Shown: positions 47,902-56,885, counted from the stretch's first letter. The stretch is DNA of 57,494 bases from Candidatus Gastranaerophilales bacterium (GCA_944322625.1 CALUPN010000001.1:1-57494), one strand, 5' to 3'. The notes: generated from the letters alone by a model not told the origin. Translations and numbers: made by a program.

Positions 47902-48333
47902 GTGTCGATAAGTAACAAAATAACCCAAAATTATTTGCCTACTGGCGAAATAGGAACTTACTATGACACTTTTATATAATTTTAAATACCGGTGAGTAAT
48001 CTTATCACTTAACAGGTAATCGCTCTCAAAGCAAAATAGGAACTCACTATGGCATTTTTATAAATATTAGTACCTGAAACTAATTTTCAGTGATGGAGCG
48101 GTATTTCCCGCAGTCTTAAGGAAGTTTCTATGACACTATATTTTTATTTTATGGCGAAGAGTAATAACCATTCTCCATTACTATTTGTTATAAAGGAACT
48201 CTTTATGCCAAAATATAATCAAAATATAAGACGGATAGTAATACACTAGACCACTATTAACCTTTCGGCTAATTGATGGAGTTGAACCATCAGCGTTGGT
48301 TATCAGCCAACAAAATAGGAACTATCTCTGTCT
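47902..48333 (-). ncRNA. Array of five structured RNA units with a conserved covarying stem and variable, partly tRNA-like inserts
   Basis: Units 48229-48333, 48152-48210, 48070-48136, 47987-48054, 47902-47969 share stem-AUA-helix-UCCU-[insert]-UU-helix-C-stem. Confidence 0.85.
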
Positions 48334-48341
48334 ATGTATAG

Positions 48342-48370
48342 ATTGTATCATAGTATAATTTAATAGTCAA
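48342..48370 (-). promoter_or_regulatory. Promoter for the RNA array and 673-aa gene
   Basis: TTGACT-17-TACAAT with TG; predicted +1 at the first unit. Confidence 0.8.
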
Positions 48371-48390
48371 TAGGTTTTTATAAAAATTAA

Positions 48391-48600
48391 TCATTCGCAT
48401 ATATAATTTGTTCTTTCACATGGCTCGTTACGATTTCTATGCGATCTAGCATAAAATGTAGCACCTTCACAAGGATATTCCAGATATGTATATGGATAAC
48501 AGTTTTCACGATTTTCTTTTATACGGTTCATCAATGTTGCAAATAGAACACAAACAATAAACACAATAGCACAAATAATAAGTATTTTTATAATTCTCAT
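48391..48600 (-). CDS. Small membrane-anchored protein
   Basis: AGGAG RBS before MRIIKILII. Confidence 0.6.
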   Translation of the reverse strand: MRIIKILIICAIVFIVCVLFATLMNRIKENRENCYPYTYLEYPCEGATFYARSHRNRNEPCERTNYICE

Positions 48601-48613
48601 ATAATAATATCTC

Positions 48614-49333
48614 CTAATCCAAGTCAGACCATATATAATCTGATAATAAATTTCTGAATATTGCTTGTAAAACATTAACAACTATACTATTACCAGCTTG
48701 TTTATATAATTGTGTATTGGAATTAACTTTTTCTGCTTTATCAAAATCTTCATCATCAAATCCCATAAGTCTCCAAGTTTCCTTTGGTGTTAATTTTCTT
48801 ATTCTTAAATTATTAGTTACGCAACCAATATCAGGGCTTGTTTTTAATGTTGGTATCATTTCTTTTTGAACTGTACCTCTTTTTTTATCTATATTTGATA
48901 TATAAACACCGTTACCGTCAGTTGCTTCTAAATAACCTTGTTTAGTAGCATTTTTTATTAATAATGTATTTCCACTCAAACTAGTAGAACCTATTTTTGT
49001 TGTTAAACAAGGTGACAATCCGTTTTTTCTTATTCTCAATCCTTCGTCATATCGATAGTCTGCAACTACACATTTAGGATCTTTCCAATCCCTAGCACAT
49101 AAAGTATCACAATATTCTTTTTCTTGGATACGTCTATTGTTCTGATGAAATGTACTACATCTTATTTTTTCAATTTGTTCATCACTCAAATAGTATTTTT
49201 CATCAACATCATCCTCAAGGATGTCTTTTAATTTTAATTTTAACTCTTGTTTTGGTGGGAAAATAAAATTTAATTTTTTTATCTTTCCTTGTTTTTCTAA
49301 ATCATTTAATATATCTTCACACTTTTTATACAT
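48614..49333 (-). CDS. C5 cytosine methyltransferase, C-terminal part (TRD, motifs IX-X)
   Basis: RKLTPKETWRLMGF, YKQAGNSIVV; AGGTGG RBS before ATG 49333. Confidence 0.85.
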   Translation of the reverse strand: MYKKCEDILNDLEKQGKIKKLNFIFPPKQELKLKLKDILEDDVDEKYYLSDEQIEKIRCSTFHQNNRRIQEKEYCDTLCARDWKDPKCVVADYRYDEGLRIRKNGLSPCLTTKIGSTSLSGNTLLIKNATKQGYLEATDGNGVYISNIDKKRGTVQKEMIPTLKTSPDIGCVTNNLRIRKLTPKETWRLMGFDDEDFDKAEKVNSNTQLYKQAGNSIVVNVLQAIFRNLLSDYIWSDLD

Positions 49334-49847
49334 ATATCCACCTGTAACCTTTAACACTTCTTCGTTTTCCTTTACAACACTCACATATACTAGAAGTACT
49401 TATATTATTTTCCCGTCCAGCATCACTCATAGATTGATAAATGGTTTTTACACCATCTTTATCTATTCTAGCCACTTTTACTCTTGTTACGGTTATCATT
49501 TGTTCCACGTTTTTATGTTTTTCAGTTGCATATTCTTTTTCTCTATTTTCTCTCCAAGTAACTATTCTCATATTATCAAAAGAATAACCCTTACTATCGT
49601 CTAACCTATCAATAGATGGTACATCATCACTATTATAATTATTTAATGTCCAATTTTTAAAAAGAGTTGTAAATTCATCATAATAATTATCAATAATCCA
49701 TTTTTCTAAATCCCACCTATCAAAAGTCAAATCTCTTCCAAATTTTACTCTTTCTCTTTGTTGCATTCTTTTATAATGTGTATTAAACCAACCTGTCAAG
49801 GTGTACTTCGTTTTATTATATAATTTTTTATCTCTACTGTTTCCCAT
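49326..49847 (-). CDS. HNH-type endonuclease (SIDR.D family) with NUMOD1-like tail
   Basis: PSIDRLDDSKGYSFDNMRIVT; YQSMSDA...ICECCKG. Confidence 0.8.
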   Translation of the reverse strand: MGNSRDKKLYNKTKYTLTGWFNTHYKRMQQRERVKFGRDLTFDRWDLEKWIIDNYYDEFTTLFKNWTLNNYNSDDVPSIDRLDDSKGYSFDNMRIVTWRENREKEYATEKHKNVEQMITVTRVKVARIDKDGVKTIYQSMSDAGRENNISTSSICECCKGKRRSVKGYRWIYV

Positions 49848-50364
49848 CTTCTCTCACTCCTATAATAAAAATACGTTCTCTATGTTGGGGAATAGGGTCT
49901 GGATATCCTACTTCACAAGCATTTAACACATCCATAGTTACTTTATAACCATTGTCATTTAAAAAACTCAAATATTCCTCTAGTTGTGGTCTAAATCTTT
50001 CAGATAATATATTTTTAACATTTTCAGCGATTACATACTTGGGTTTTAACTTACTTATAATTCTCATCATCTCATACATTAATCCACTTCTAGTTTCACC
50101 TTTTATTATACCAGTTTGTTTGCCAGCTAGACTAATATCTTGACAAGGAAAACCACCACATAATAAATCAATATCTACATCTTTATCCCATTTGCAAATG
50201 TCTTGTGGTTCAAAGTTTGTATTATGAATAGCATTAAAACTTTTTACTGCATACTTATCTATTTCCACATAATCCACAATCTCAAAATCTATCCCTAATC
50301 TTTCAAGTGCTTTACTACAAGCACCTATTCCACCGAAAAGTTCTAATATTTTTAAAGTTTTCAA
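49834..50364 (-). CDS. dcm: C5 cytosine methyltransferase, N-terminal part (motifs I-VIII)
   Basis: ELFGGIG, GGFPCQD, ENV, QHRERIF. Confidence 0.9.
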   Translation of the reverse strand: MKTLKILELFGGIGACSKALERLGIDFEIVDYVEIDKYAVKSFNAIHNTNFEPQDICKWDKDVDIDLLCGGFPCQDISLAGKQTGIIKGETRSGLMYEMMRIISKLKPKYVIAENVKNILSERFRPQLEEYLSFLNDNGYKVTMDVLNACEVGYPDPIPQHRERIFIIGVREDGKQ

Positions 50365-50415
50365 ATTTACACCTCCTCAAACACAGTTTATCTCATTTTT
50401 CATTTTATAAATCAA

Positions 50416-50970
50416 TCATACTTCATTTCCCCAGCAATCCCATCCATCTGCTTGTTGCCTGGCAAATAGTTCGATCCGTGGTAAATCTCCAAATAATTGC
50501 ACGATTCTATCTCTAGTTTCGTCTGGTTTTCTGCTATGTTCTCTTATTTTTGATAATATTACTTGATGAACACTTCTGCTAACTCGTTTTAAAGGTTTTC
50601 CTTTTGTTGCTAACAAACATAATTCGGCATTCGCTCGAGTATAATGCCCCATACCCCAAAATAAACTGTTTTTTGTTTTGTTTTGTTTTATCCAAGTAAA
50701 ACCAATTGTTTTATATTTGAATCCCCACACATCTATTACTTTCAATCCTTCTTGTAAGCAAGGTGCTGTAACCCACAAAAATAACACACAATCTTTATCG
50801 GATATTCTATCTATTGGTAAATCGCATATATCGTTGACATCCATAGTTTTATAATGGCTTTCTGCAGTCCTTCCCGTTCCATTATTTTTTGGCCATACTT
50901 TATACGACCATGGTGGATCTGCATAAATTATCTTATATTTTTTGTTGGTGTTATAAATGTCAATTTTCAT
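50416..50970 (-). CDS. MT-A70 family adenine methyltransferase
   Basis: YADPPW, LFLWVT, HSRKP, ELFAR, WGNE. Confidence 0.92.
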   Translation of the reverse strand: MKIDIYNTNKKYKIIYADPPWSYKVWPKNNGTGRTAESHYKTMDVNDICDLPIDRISDKDCVLFLWVTAPCLQEGLKVIDVWGFKYKTIGFTWIKQNKTKNSLFWGMGHYTRANAELCLLATKGKPLKRVSRSVHQVILSKIREHSRKPDETRDRIVQLFGDLPRIELFARQQADGWDCWGNEV

Positions 50971-51167
50971 TTTTTATTCCCTTTCATTTCTTCCTCTAAC
51001 TGTTCTTTTGCTTTTTTAAATATATTTATTACAGCATCTACATGTGCTAGCAACAGTTCTTTATTACCGTTATCAATTTCATATATACAAGCAATAGAAT
51101 CAGGATTTGCATTAGTACTCAAATGATTGATGATGATACTCTTTGCGACATCTAATTCTTTATTCAT
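50967..51167 (-). CDS. Hypothetical protein
   Basis: GAGGTG RBS. Confidence 0.6.
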   Translation of the reverse strand: MNKELDVAKSIIINHLSTNANPDSIACIYEIDNGNKELLLAHVDAVINIFKKAKEQLEEEMKGNKK

Positions 51168-51172
51168 TTATT

Positions 51173-51391
51173 TCACCTCTTTTCCACATATTTTTTTAAA
51201 CTACCCATCAAACACTTTTCACCACAACACGGACATTCTATTATATATGTAAAACAATACACCTCGTTAAAATCATATGATACTGCTTCCGTATCTGATT
51301 CAGAAAAAATAAATTCACAACCACATTCATCGCACGTTGTAACATACATCTCGTGGTTCGGATCTATACCATTTTTAATTATCTTTATCAT
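51173..51391 (-). CDS. Zinc-ribbon protein
   Basis: CDECGCEF...CPCCG. Confidence 0.7.
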   Translation of the reverse strand: MIKIIKNGIDPNHEMYVTTCDECGCEFIFSESDTEAVSYDFNEVYCFTYIIECPCCGEKCLMGSLKKYVEKR

Positions 51392-51735
51392 GATTGCTCA
51401 TCACTTCCTTCTTGTTCATGTTCTACTTTATATCGTTCAACCAAAGATTGAATCAATTCGTTTATTTTATCTAAACCAATATATCCGTATCTTTGAAATT
51501 CTTTCATTAATTCATTGTGATGATATTGACCAACTCCGTCGTAATGCTTTATGTGGTAATCTTCGTTTTCATAAACTTTATTACAAATTGTTTTTTCAAT
51601 GTTTTCATATTCTTTTTTGACATTACTAAGTTCGTTTTCTAAGTTTTCATTTATATTTTCTAACATTAATTTATCTTCAATCAACTCTTTGTAATCTTCT
51701 AATGATATATAAGCATATCCAATTTTATTTTCCAT
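51388..51735 (-). CDS. Coiled-coil hypothetical protein
   Basis: GAGGAG RBS. Confidence 0.65.
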   Translation of the reverse strand: MENKIGYAYISLEDYKELIEDKLMLENINENLENELSNVKKEYENIEKTICNKVYENEDYHIKHYDGVGQYHHNELMKEFQRYGYIGLDKINELIQSLVERYKVEHEQEGSDEQS

Positions 51736-51738
51736 ATC

Positions 51739-51969
51739 TTATTCCTCCTCTATATTTATATTTTCTGTTCCTAAATACTCATCGGTTATTTCTCTATATG
51801 TCTTATCACAATTATCATCATCGCTTTTGAAATCACGATAAATTAGAAATATAGAATCATTTGTGCATTTCATATCAACGTATTCTGCATCATTTTCTTC
51901 TAAAAATTTATTAACATCTCTATCAGTAAATTGGTAATGTTCGAATCTTTTAACTTTTATATTGTCCAT
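51739..51969 (-). CDS. Cse60/DUF2758-like small protein
   Basis: KVKRF...VNKFL...VDMK...LIY; GGAGG RBS before ATG 51969. Confidence 0.55.
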   Translation of the reverse strand: MDNIKVKRFEHYQFTDRDVNKFLEENDAEYVDMKCTNDSIFLIYRDFKSDDDNCDKTYREITDEYLGTENINIEEE

Positions 51970-51971
51970 AA

Positions 51972-52457
51972 TTAAATTCCTCCAATCCATTTTAAATTAG
52001 ATAAATAATTTGTACTATTTTTAACAATTTTCGTACCAAATCTCGGATACAAAACCTTTTCGATAACTTCATGATTTATCTTAACCTCTGGTCTAAAATG
52101 TGTATAACACCATGTTGAATATTCATTTTTAAAATCTTGCAACTTAATTCTGTCTTTAACGGCTACGTTTCTATCGACAATACAAGTTTCATTGATAAAG
52201 TCAACAAGACTATCGTAAGGCTCAACATAATCAGTTTCAATAATATTATCATCCGAATATTTTTCATAAGGTTTTCTTTCAAGTTTATTTTCTTTTTCTC
52301 GATAAACTAGAAGTACACCAAGTTCACCAATATATTTCATGTCTACATATTCTGCATCGTTTTCTTCTAAAAACGCATTTATTTCATCACTTATCCACAT
52401 AGTATCTTTAAATCTTTCAACTTTTATATCTTTCATAATTATCTCCTTTTCATCCAA
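51972..52457 (-). CDS. Cse60-like domain fused to a D5-type winged-helix-like domain
   Basis: N-terminus duplicates 51739-51969; C-terminal DFINETC...Y..WC. Confidence 0.55.
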   Translation of the reverse strand: MDEKEIIMKDIKVERFKDTMWISDEINAFLEENDAEYVDMKYIGELGVLLVYREKENKLERKPYEKYSDDNIIETDYVEPYDSLVDFINETCIVDRNVAVKDRIKLQDFKNEYSTWCYTHFRPEVKINHEVIEKVLYPRFGTKIVKNSTNYLSNLKWIGGI

Positions 52458-53695
52458 TATTTTTGTTTCCCATATTCATCAAATGTTATGGTACTATCAA
52501 CTCTTATCCAGTCGTCAAACTTATTCATATAACGACTAATCATTTTAAAATCACTTTTATTCGCATTCCTTTCTATTCCACGAAAAGCCTCCTTCCAAAT
52601 CATGCGTGAGCAAACCTTATCACCGACTGCTTTTTCTTCCAAAAATCCTTGTAACTCACTAAGTCTAGGATCTTCAACCATACGTTTATTTTGCATTTCA
52701 TCAACGATATCGTTATATTTTTTTGGAATCGTCAAATAAAAATTATCCTTATCATTTTTCATAATGCAAAGTGCCTCACGCCAGCATTCTAATATATAGT
52801 TTTTAACGTATTCTTCTTCATCATAAAGTTCACCACGTTCCAGTCCGACTTCTACTGGCAAGTATCTTCTATTTCCGGTATCATCTGTCAAAAACTCATA
52901 ATCGTTTGTCGTACCAATAAAAATACATTGTCTAGGAGCATTTGACACATGCTTATCGTAAGGAACACGATATTTATCCACTTGTCTAGTAATAAATGCT
53001 TTTAACGCCTGCACATCTTTCTGACGAACCATAGCAAGTAGTTCCGAAAATTCACAAATCCAACCACTTTCCAAGCATTCTATACCATCGTTTCCATCAA
53101 CAGTAGTAACCTCTCGATAATAATTTGCATTAAGTGCCAGCCACATAACGATTGTCGACTTTCCCGTTCCCTGTTTCCCAATCAATATTGGCATATAATC
53201 AAACTTGACACCAGGTGTATAAAGTCTAGCGATTCCGCCATAAAATATCATTCTCGATACTTCACGATAATATTCTTCATATCCTGGCTCACTTATATCG
53301 CACTTTAAAATGTCTTTCAAAAAATTATCAATTCTTTTAACCCCATCCCATTCTTTATTCTCAAGCAATTCCTTTAGAGGATGATATTTATGTTCTTGCA
53401 TAACAATTTTAAGACTTTTTTCGTATTTTTTATCATTATATAAACCATAGTTTTTCTCAAGGTATCGTATAACATTCGCATCATCCGTATCCGTCCATGG
53501 TCTAGGACTTTTCCCTTCTTCATGATATTCATATTGGTTGCTAAATTCGTTATACAAGTAGATATTTTTTAAGAAATTGTCATTTTCCATCACAAGAATA
53601 AAGTTATCAATTGTGTTTTCAATATTAACACCATCTGATTTTGTCGTAAGTTCCATTTTCCACGTTTCATCATCTTTATACCTTATTTCTAACAT
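52439..53695 (-). CDS. VirE/VapE-family replicative helicase
   Basis: HP...WDG..RID, GKQGTGKS, R.PY, FIGTTN..FL.D.TGNRRY. Confidence 0.9.
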   Translation of the reverse strand: MLEIRYKDDETWKMELTTKSDGVNIENTIDNFILVMENDNFLKNIYLYNEFSNQYEYHEEGKSPRPWTDTDDANVIRYLEKNYGLYNDKKYEKSLKIVMQEHKYHPLKELLENKEWDGVKRIDNFLKDILKCDISEPGYEEYYREVSRMIFYGGIARLYTPGVKFDYMPILIGKQGTGKSTIVMWLALNANYYREVTTVDGNDGIECLESGWICEFSELLAMVRQKDVQALKAFITRQVDKYRVPYDKHVSNAPRQCIFIGTTNDYEFLTDDTGNRRYLPVEVGLERGELYDEEEYVKNYILECWREALCIMKNDKDNFYLTIPKKYNDIVDEMQNKRMVEDPRLSELQGFLEEKAVGDKVCSRMIWKEAFRGIERNANKSDFKMISRYMNKFDDWIRVDSTITFDEYGKQKYWMKRR

Positions 53696-53913
53696 TCTGC
53701 TTTATTCTCCTCTACTTCGTCAAAATAATAGTCAATCTCATTTTTATCATCCAAGACTTTCACAATCATATATGCAAGCGGTTTCTTACACGTATTATGA
53801 CCGTTAAATATATTGTATAAAGATACCACTGTGTATCCAACCTCTTTTGATAACCATTCAACTGTTTTTCCATTTAACAGTTCCTTATACTTTTCTGTTT
53901 TAAATCTATACAC
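53689..53913 (-). CDS. Cro/XRE-like HTH protein
   Basis: TVEWLSKEVGYTVVSLYNIFNG; first gene of a leftward operon. Confidence 0.7.
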   Translation of the reverse strand: MYRFKTEKYKELLNGKTVEWLSKEVGYTVVSLYNIFNGHNTCKKPLAYMIVKVLDDKNEIDYYFDEVEENKAEC

Positions 53914-54029
53914 CTTATCACCACCTTATCTTTCTAATGTGTATCCATCATACCATATAAAATGAATTAATTCAAGTATTTTTTATAATTTTATAAAAGT
54001 TTTTTATTATGTCAAGAAAATATAAAATA

Positions 54030-54310
54030 TTTTTGTTTCCATGGTTTCTCTATGGTTTCTAGTTTGGTTTCCCTGTTTTCCCCTTATTTTATATATATTT
54101 TCTTTCTTATAGAAACGAAAGAAACAATAAATATAATAAAAATAAAAAAATAATAAAGGATATAAGGTATATATAATATATAAAAAAATAAATTGTTTAA
54201 AACGTTCGTTTCCGTTTTTTCGTTTCCATAGTGATTTTTTCCTTATTTTATAAGTGTTTTGAGAGAAACGATACTTATGAAAATGGGAAACGAAGAAACC
54301 ATGGTTTCTA
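54030..54310. repeat. AT-rich region with clustered GTTTC/GAAAC repeats; putative replication origin
   Basis: More than ten GTTTC/GAAAC copies in both orientations around an A/T-rich core; palindrome AGAAACCATGGTTTCT. Confidence 0.55.
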
Positions 54311-54425
54311 TTTCTTGCGATTATTATAGTGTAATTTGATATGTTCTGATTTATTATTTTTAATGTGGACGTGGTACTTGATTATTTTCTCGTATTATGG
54401 TATAATATTGTTAGTATTTTAGAGA

Positions 54426-55013
54426 TTGGAGTTGTTGTCTGTGGCTGGTGATTCATTACAACTTACAGAAAGAGAAAAAGAGGCTACCAAACCGATCAGA
54501 GGTAATGCGTATAATAATAAATCAAGACAGTCATATATGGCTCAACCTAATGTTAAGGAATTTAATAGAGTTATGGTTAAGAAAGCAATGCTAGGTCGCC
54601 CTTTTAAATTCGATAATGTTGAAAAATTGGAAAAAGAGATTACGGATTATTTTGAATTATGTGATAAAACTGATACCGTTCCAACCATTACAGGTATAGC
54701 AACTTGGTTGCATTGTAATAGAGATACTATATATGCACATGCCAATAATCCTAACTCAATTTTTTCCGACGTTTTCAAAAATGCTATCAATACATGCCAT
54801 TTATCACTCGAGAATGGTGCCGTAGATGGTAAGGTTAATTCAGTAGTTTATATTTTTATGGGAAAGAACTATTTTAATTTAGAGGATTCCAAAAACATCA
54901 CAGTAACCCCAGCGACTACGACTATGGCAAATTCACAGGAAACTATGGACGCGATTCAGAAACAGATCGAAGAAGAAAACATACCTAATGCCGACTTTCA
55001 TGAAAAATCGTAG
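54426..55013 (+). CDS. terS: Terminase small subunit (P22 gp3-like)
   Basis: GRPFKF...EITDYF...PTITG...IF.GKNYF; own promoter ~54378-54406; start uncertain. Confidence 0.75.
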   Translation: MELLSVAGDSLQLTEREKEATKPIRGNAYNNKSRQSYMAQPNVKEFNRVMVKKAMLGRPFKFDNVEKLEKEITDYFELCDKTDTVPTITGIATWLHCNRDTIYAHANNPNSIFSDVFKNAINTCHLSLENGAVDGKVNSVVYIFMGKNYFNLEDSKNITVTPATTTMANSQETMDAIQKQIEEENIPNADFHEKS

Positions 55014-55224
55014 CGACTTTGTCGACTTTCGACTTTCACCCTAGCGACTTTCACAAAAATTTTCGCATAGGCTAGCGACTTTCATACATACACATGTTTA
55101 AGGAAACAATTTTTCTATTATACATATATTCGATGATACATTTGTTCAAAAACAGTAAAATAAGCCGTTCTAAGCCGTTTTTTATGTGTTTCCGATACAA
55201 TATACTAGAACGCTAAAAAAGTCG
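54992..55224. repeat. CGACTTT heptamer cluster (6 direct, 1 inverted)
   Basis: Copies at 54992, 55014, 55023, 55030, 55045, 55076; inverted at 55218. Confidence 0.8.
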
Positions 55225-55479
55225 CTAAAAACGGTATAAAAATAGGCAAAAATAAGGTGTTTCCGTTGTCTTTGTTGTTTGGAATAACTAAAAAATGATT
55301 GTTTTTGATTTTATTAAAACACTAAAAAACGCGTCCTAAGACACGAAAAATATATCATAATGTTAACTATTGCATTATAAAAAAGTCCGTTATAGTGCCT
55401 TAAATCGCGTCATAAATAAGATATGATCACGGCTTATCTGTTGTAATCTTATTTTTTGACATAAAAAAAAAAGAGGAAA

Positions 55480-55809
55480 TTAATCCTCTAAATTTATTTT
55501 ATAATTATAATCGCATGAAGCAGAATCCTTTTCCAGATAATTTTTAACCATTTCTAATTCTTTGATATCGAACAAACAGTCGTCTTGGAATGATTCGCTT
55601 ATATCAAAATTGCTATAAAATATATCATGCGTTAAATAATACGCTCGATCAGCTGGATATGCTTTGAATTCTATTGTAACAGTAAAATATTCTCTTTTCA
55701 TGTCATCCAAATTCTTTTCAGAATAATTTCTACTAGTAGAATAGTATTCAATTTCACCTGAATCGTGACCATCATCCCAGAAACCTCTGTATTTTCTTTC
55801 TTTTTTCAT
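55480..55809 (-). CDS. Early hypothetical protein
   Basis: AGGAAGGA RBS before MKKERKY. Confidence 0.6.
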   Translation of the reverse strand: MKKERKYRGFWDDGHDSGEIEYYSTSRNYSEKNLDDMKREYFTVTIEFKAYPADRAYYLTHDIFYSNFDISESFQDDCLFDIKELEMVKNYLEKDSASCDYNYKINLED

Positions 55810-55917
55810 ATTTTTTATTCCTTCCTTTTTTTTTTTATTTTTGATTGTAACAAGCGGCAATCAATACCGCGATTGGGAATAGTAATATTATTGCTATTAT
55901 CTTAATTAGGTTCTTCA

Positions 55918-56391
55918 TTAATAACATCTCATTCCTAATAGCCACGCGTAACCGTTTTTTCCGGTTAACGAAATGGCTTGACAATTTTCTTCGCTTGTAA
56001 AAATACCTTTTCCGTTGATCAATCTTTGAATCTTTCGCATCTCTGTTTTATTAATGCTATAGCTTTCGTTTAGTATGATGTAGTTGTCTTTTTCTTCTGG
56101 ATTATTTAACGATTCGCAGAAGTTATCATTTTTGAATGATTCAATAAATTTTTTAACTTGTAAAATAAATATGCGATCTTTGCTATACGGATCATTTTCT
56201 ACATCTTTATATTTTACGATGTCAATTGATATATCTTTGAATCTATCAAGTTGTTTTTTTGTTGCATTAATAGGCATCACGATAATCGAAATAGAATTTG
56301 TGAAAATGTACTTCCCGTCAAGTTCGTATATTTTTTTGTGTTTTGGATCTCTTAGGAAATAAGATTCTAGATATTTATTAAATGTTTTCAT
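55918..56391 (-). CDS. Early hypothetical protein
   Basis: GGAGG RBS, TAATG coupling. Confidence 0.7.
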   Translation of the reverse strand: MKTFNKYLESYFLRDPKHKKIYELDGKYIFTNSISIIVMPINATKKQLDRFKDISIDIVKYKDVENDPYSKDRIFILQVKKFIESFKNDNFCESLNNPEEKDNYIILNESYSINKTEMRKIQRLINGKGIFTSEENCQAISLTGKNGYAWLLGMRCY

Positions 56392-56777
56392 TATCTACAA
56401 ACCTCCACAAATGCCAGTCTGTTAACTTCTTTTAATATTTTTTCTATATTTTCATCGCTAACTTCTAGCATCCAATCAAAGTTGATAACGTATCTTTTTC
56501 CATCATCTGATGGTTTAACAGTTGGATTATATCTTCCGTAACAGTTACCTTCTTCGTCAGTAACGTAAACATCGGCACAAAGATAACTAGTATATAATTT
56601 TTTTGTAAATCCGTGTTCTTTCCATAACATTGGCAAAGATCCCTTTGTAAGTTCTGGAAATACTTTTGTAATTTCCACTACTATTTTTTCACCCTTTTTA
56701 TTTTTGTCTTTGAATTCATAAAAAGCTCTTGTTTCGCACATTTTTTTAATTTCGAAATTTCCCATAATTTCCTCCAT
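56391..56777 (-). CDS. Early hypothetical protein
   Basis: Behind TTGACT promoter 56839-56867; start uncertain. Confidence 0.65.
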   Translation of the reverse strand: MEEIMGNFEIKKMCETRAFYEFKDKNKKGEKIVVEITKVFPELTKGSLPMLWKEHGFTKKLYTSYLCADVYVTDEEGNCYGRYNPTVKPSDDGKRYVINFDWMLEVSDENIEKILKEVNRLAFVEVCR

Positions 56778-56885
56778 CCGCTTGGCAGCGGTTGCCTTTT
56801 GATTGGTAGCATAACCAATTCTTTTTATTTATGTATTTATTATATCATAATATTCCAAAATAGTCAATAGTTATTTTATATTTTT

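Noticed and set aside
47902-48333. CRISPR array or TIGR-type guide array
   Set aside because: Repeats are not identical, unit lengths vary from 59 to 105 nt, conservation is structural, and no cas or Nop-domain gene was recognised.
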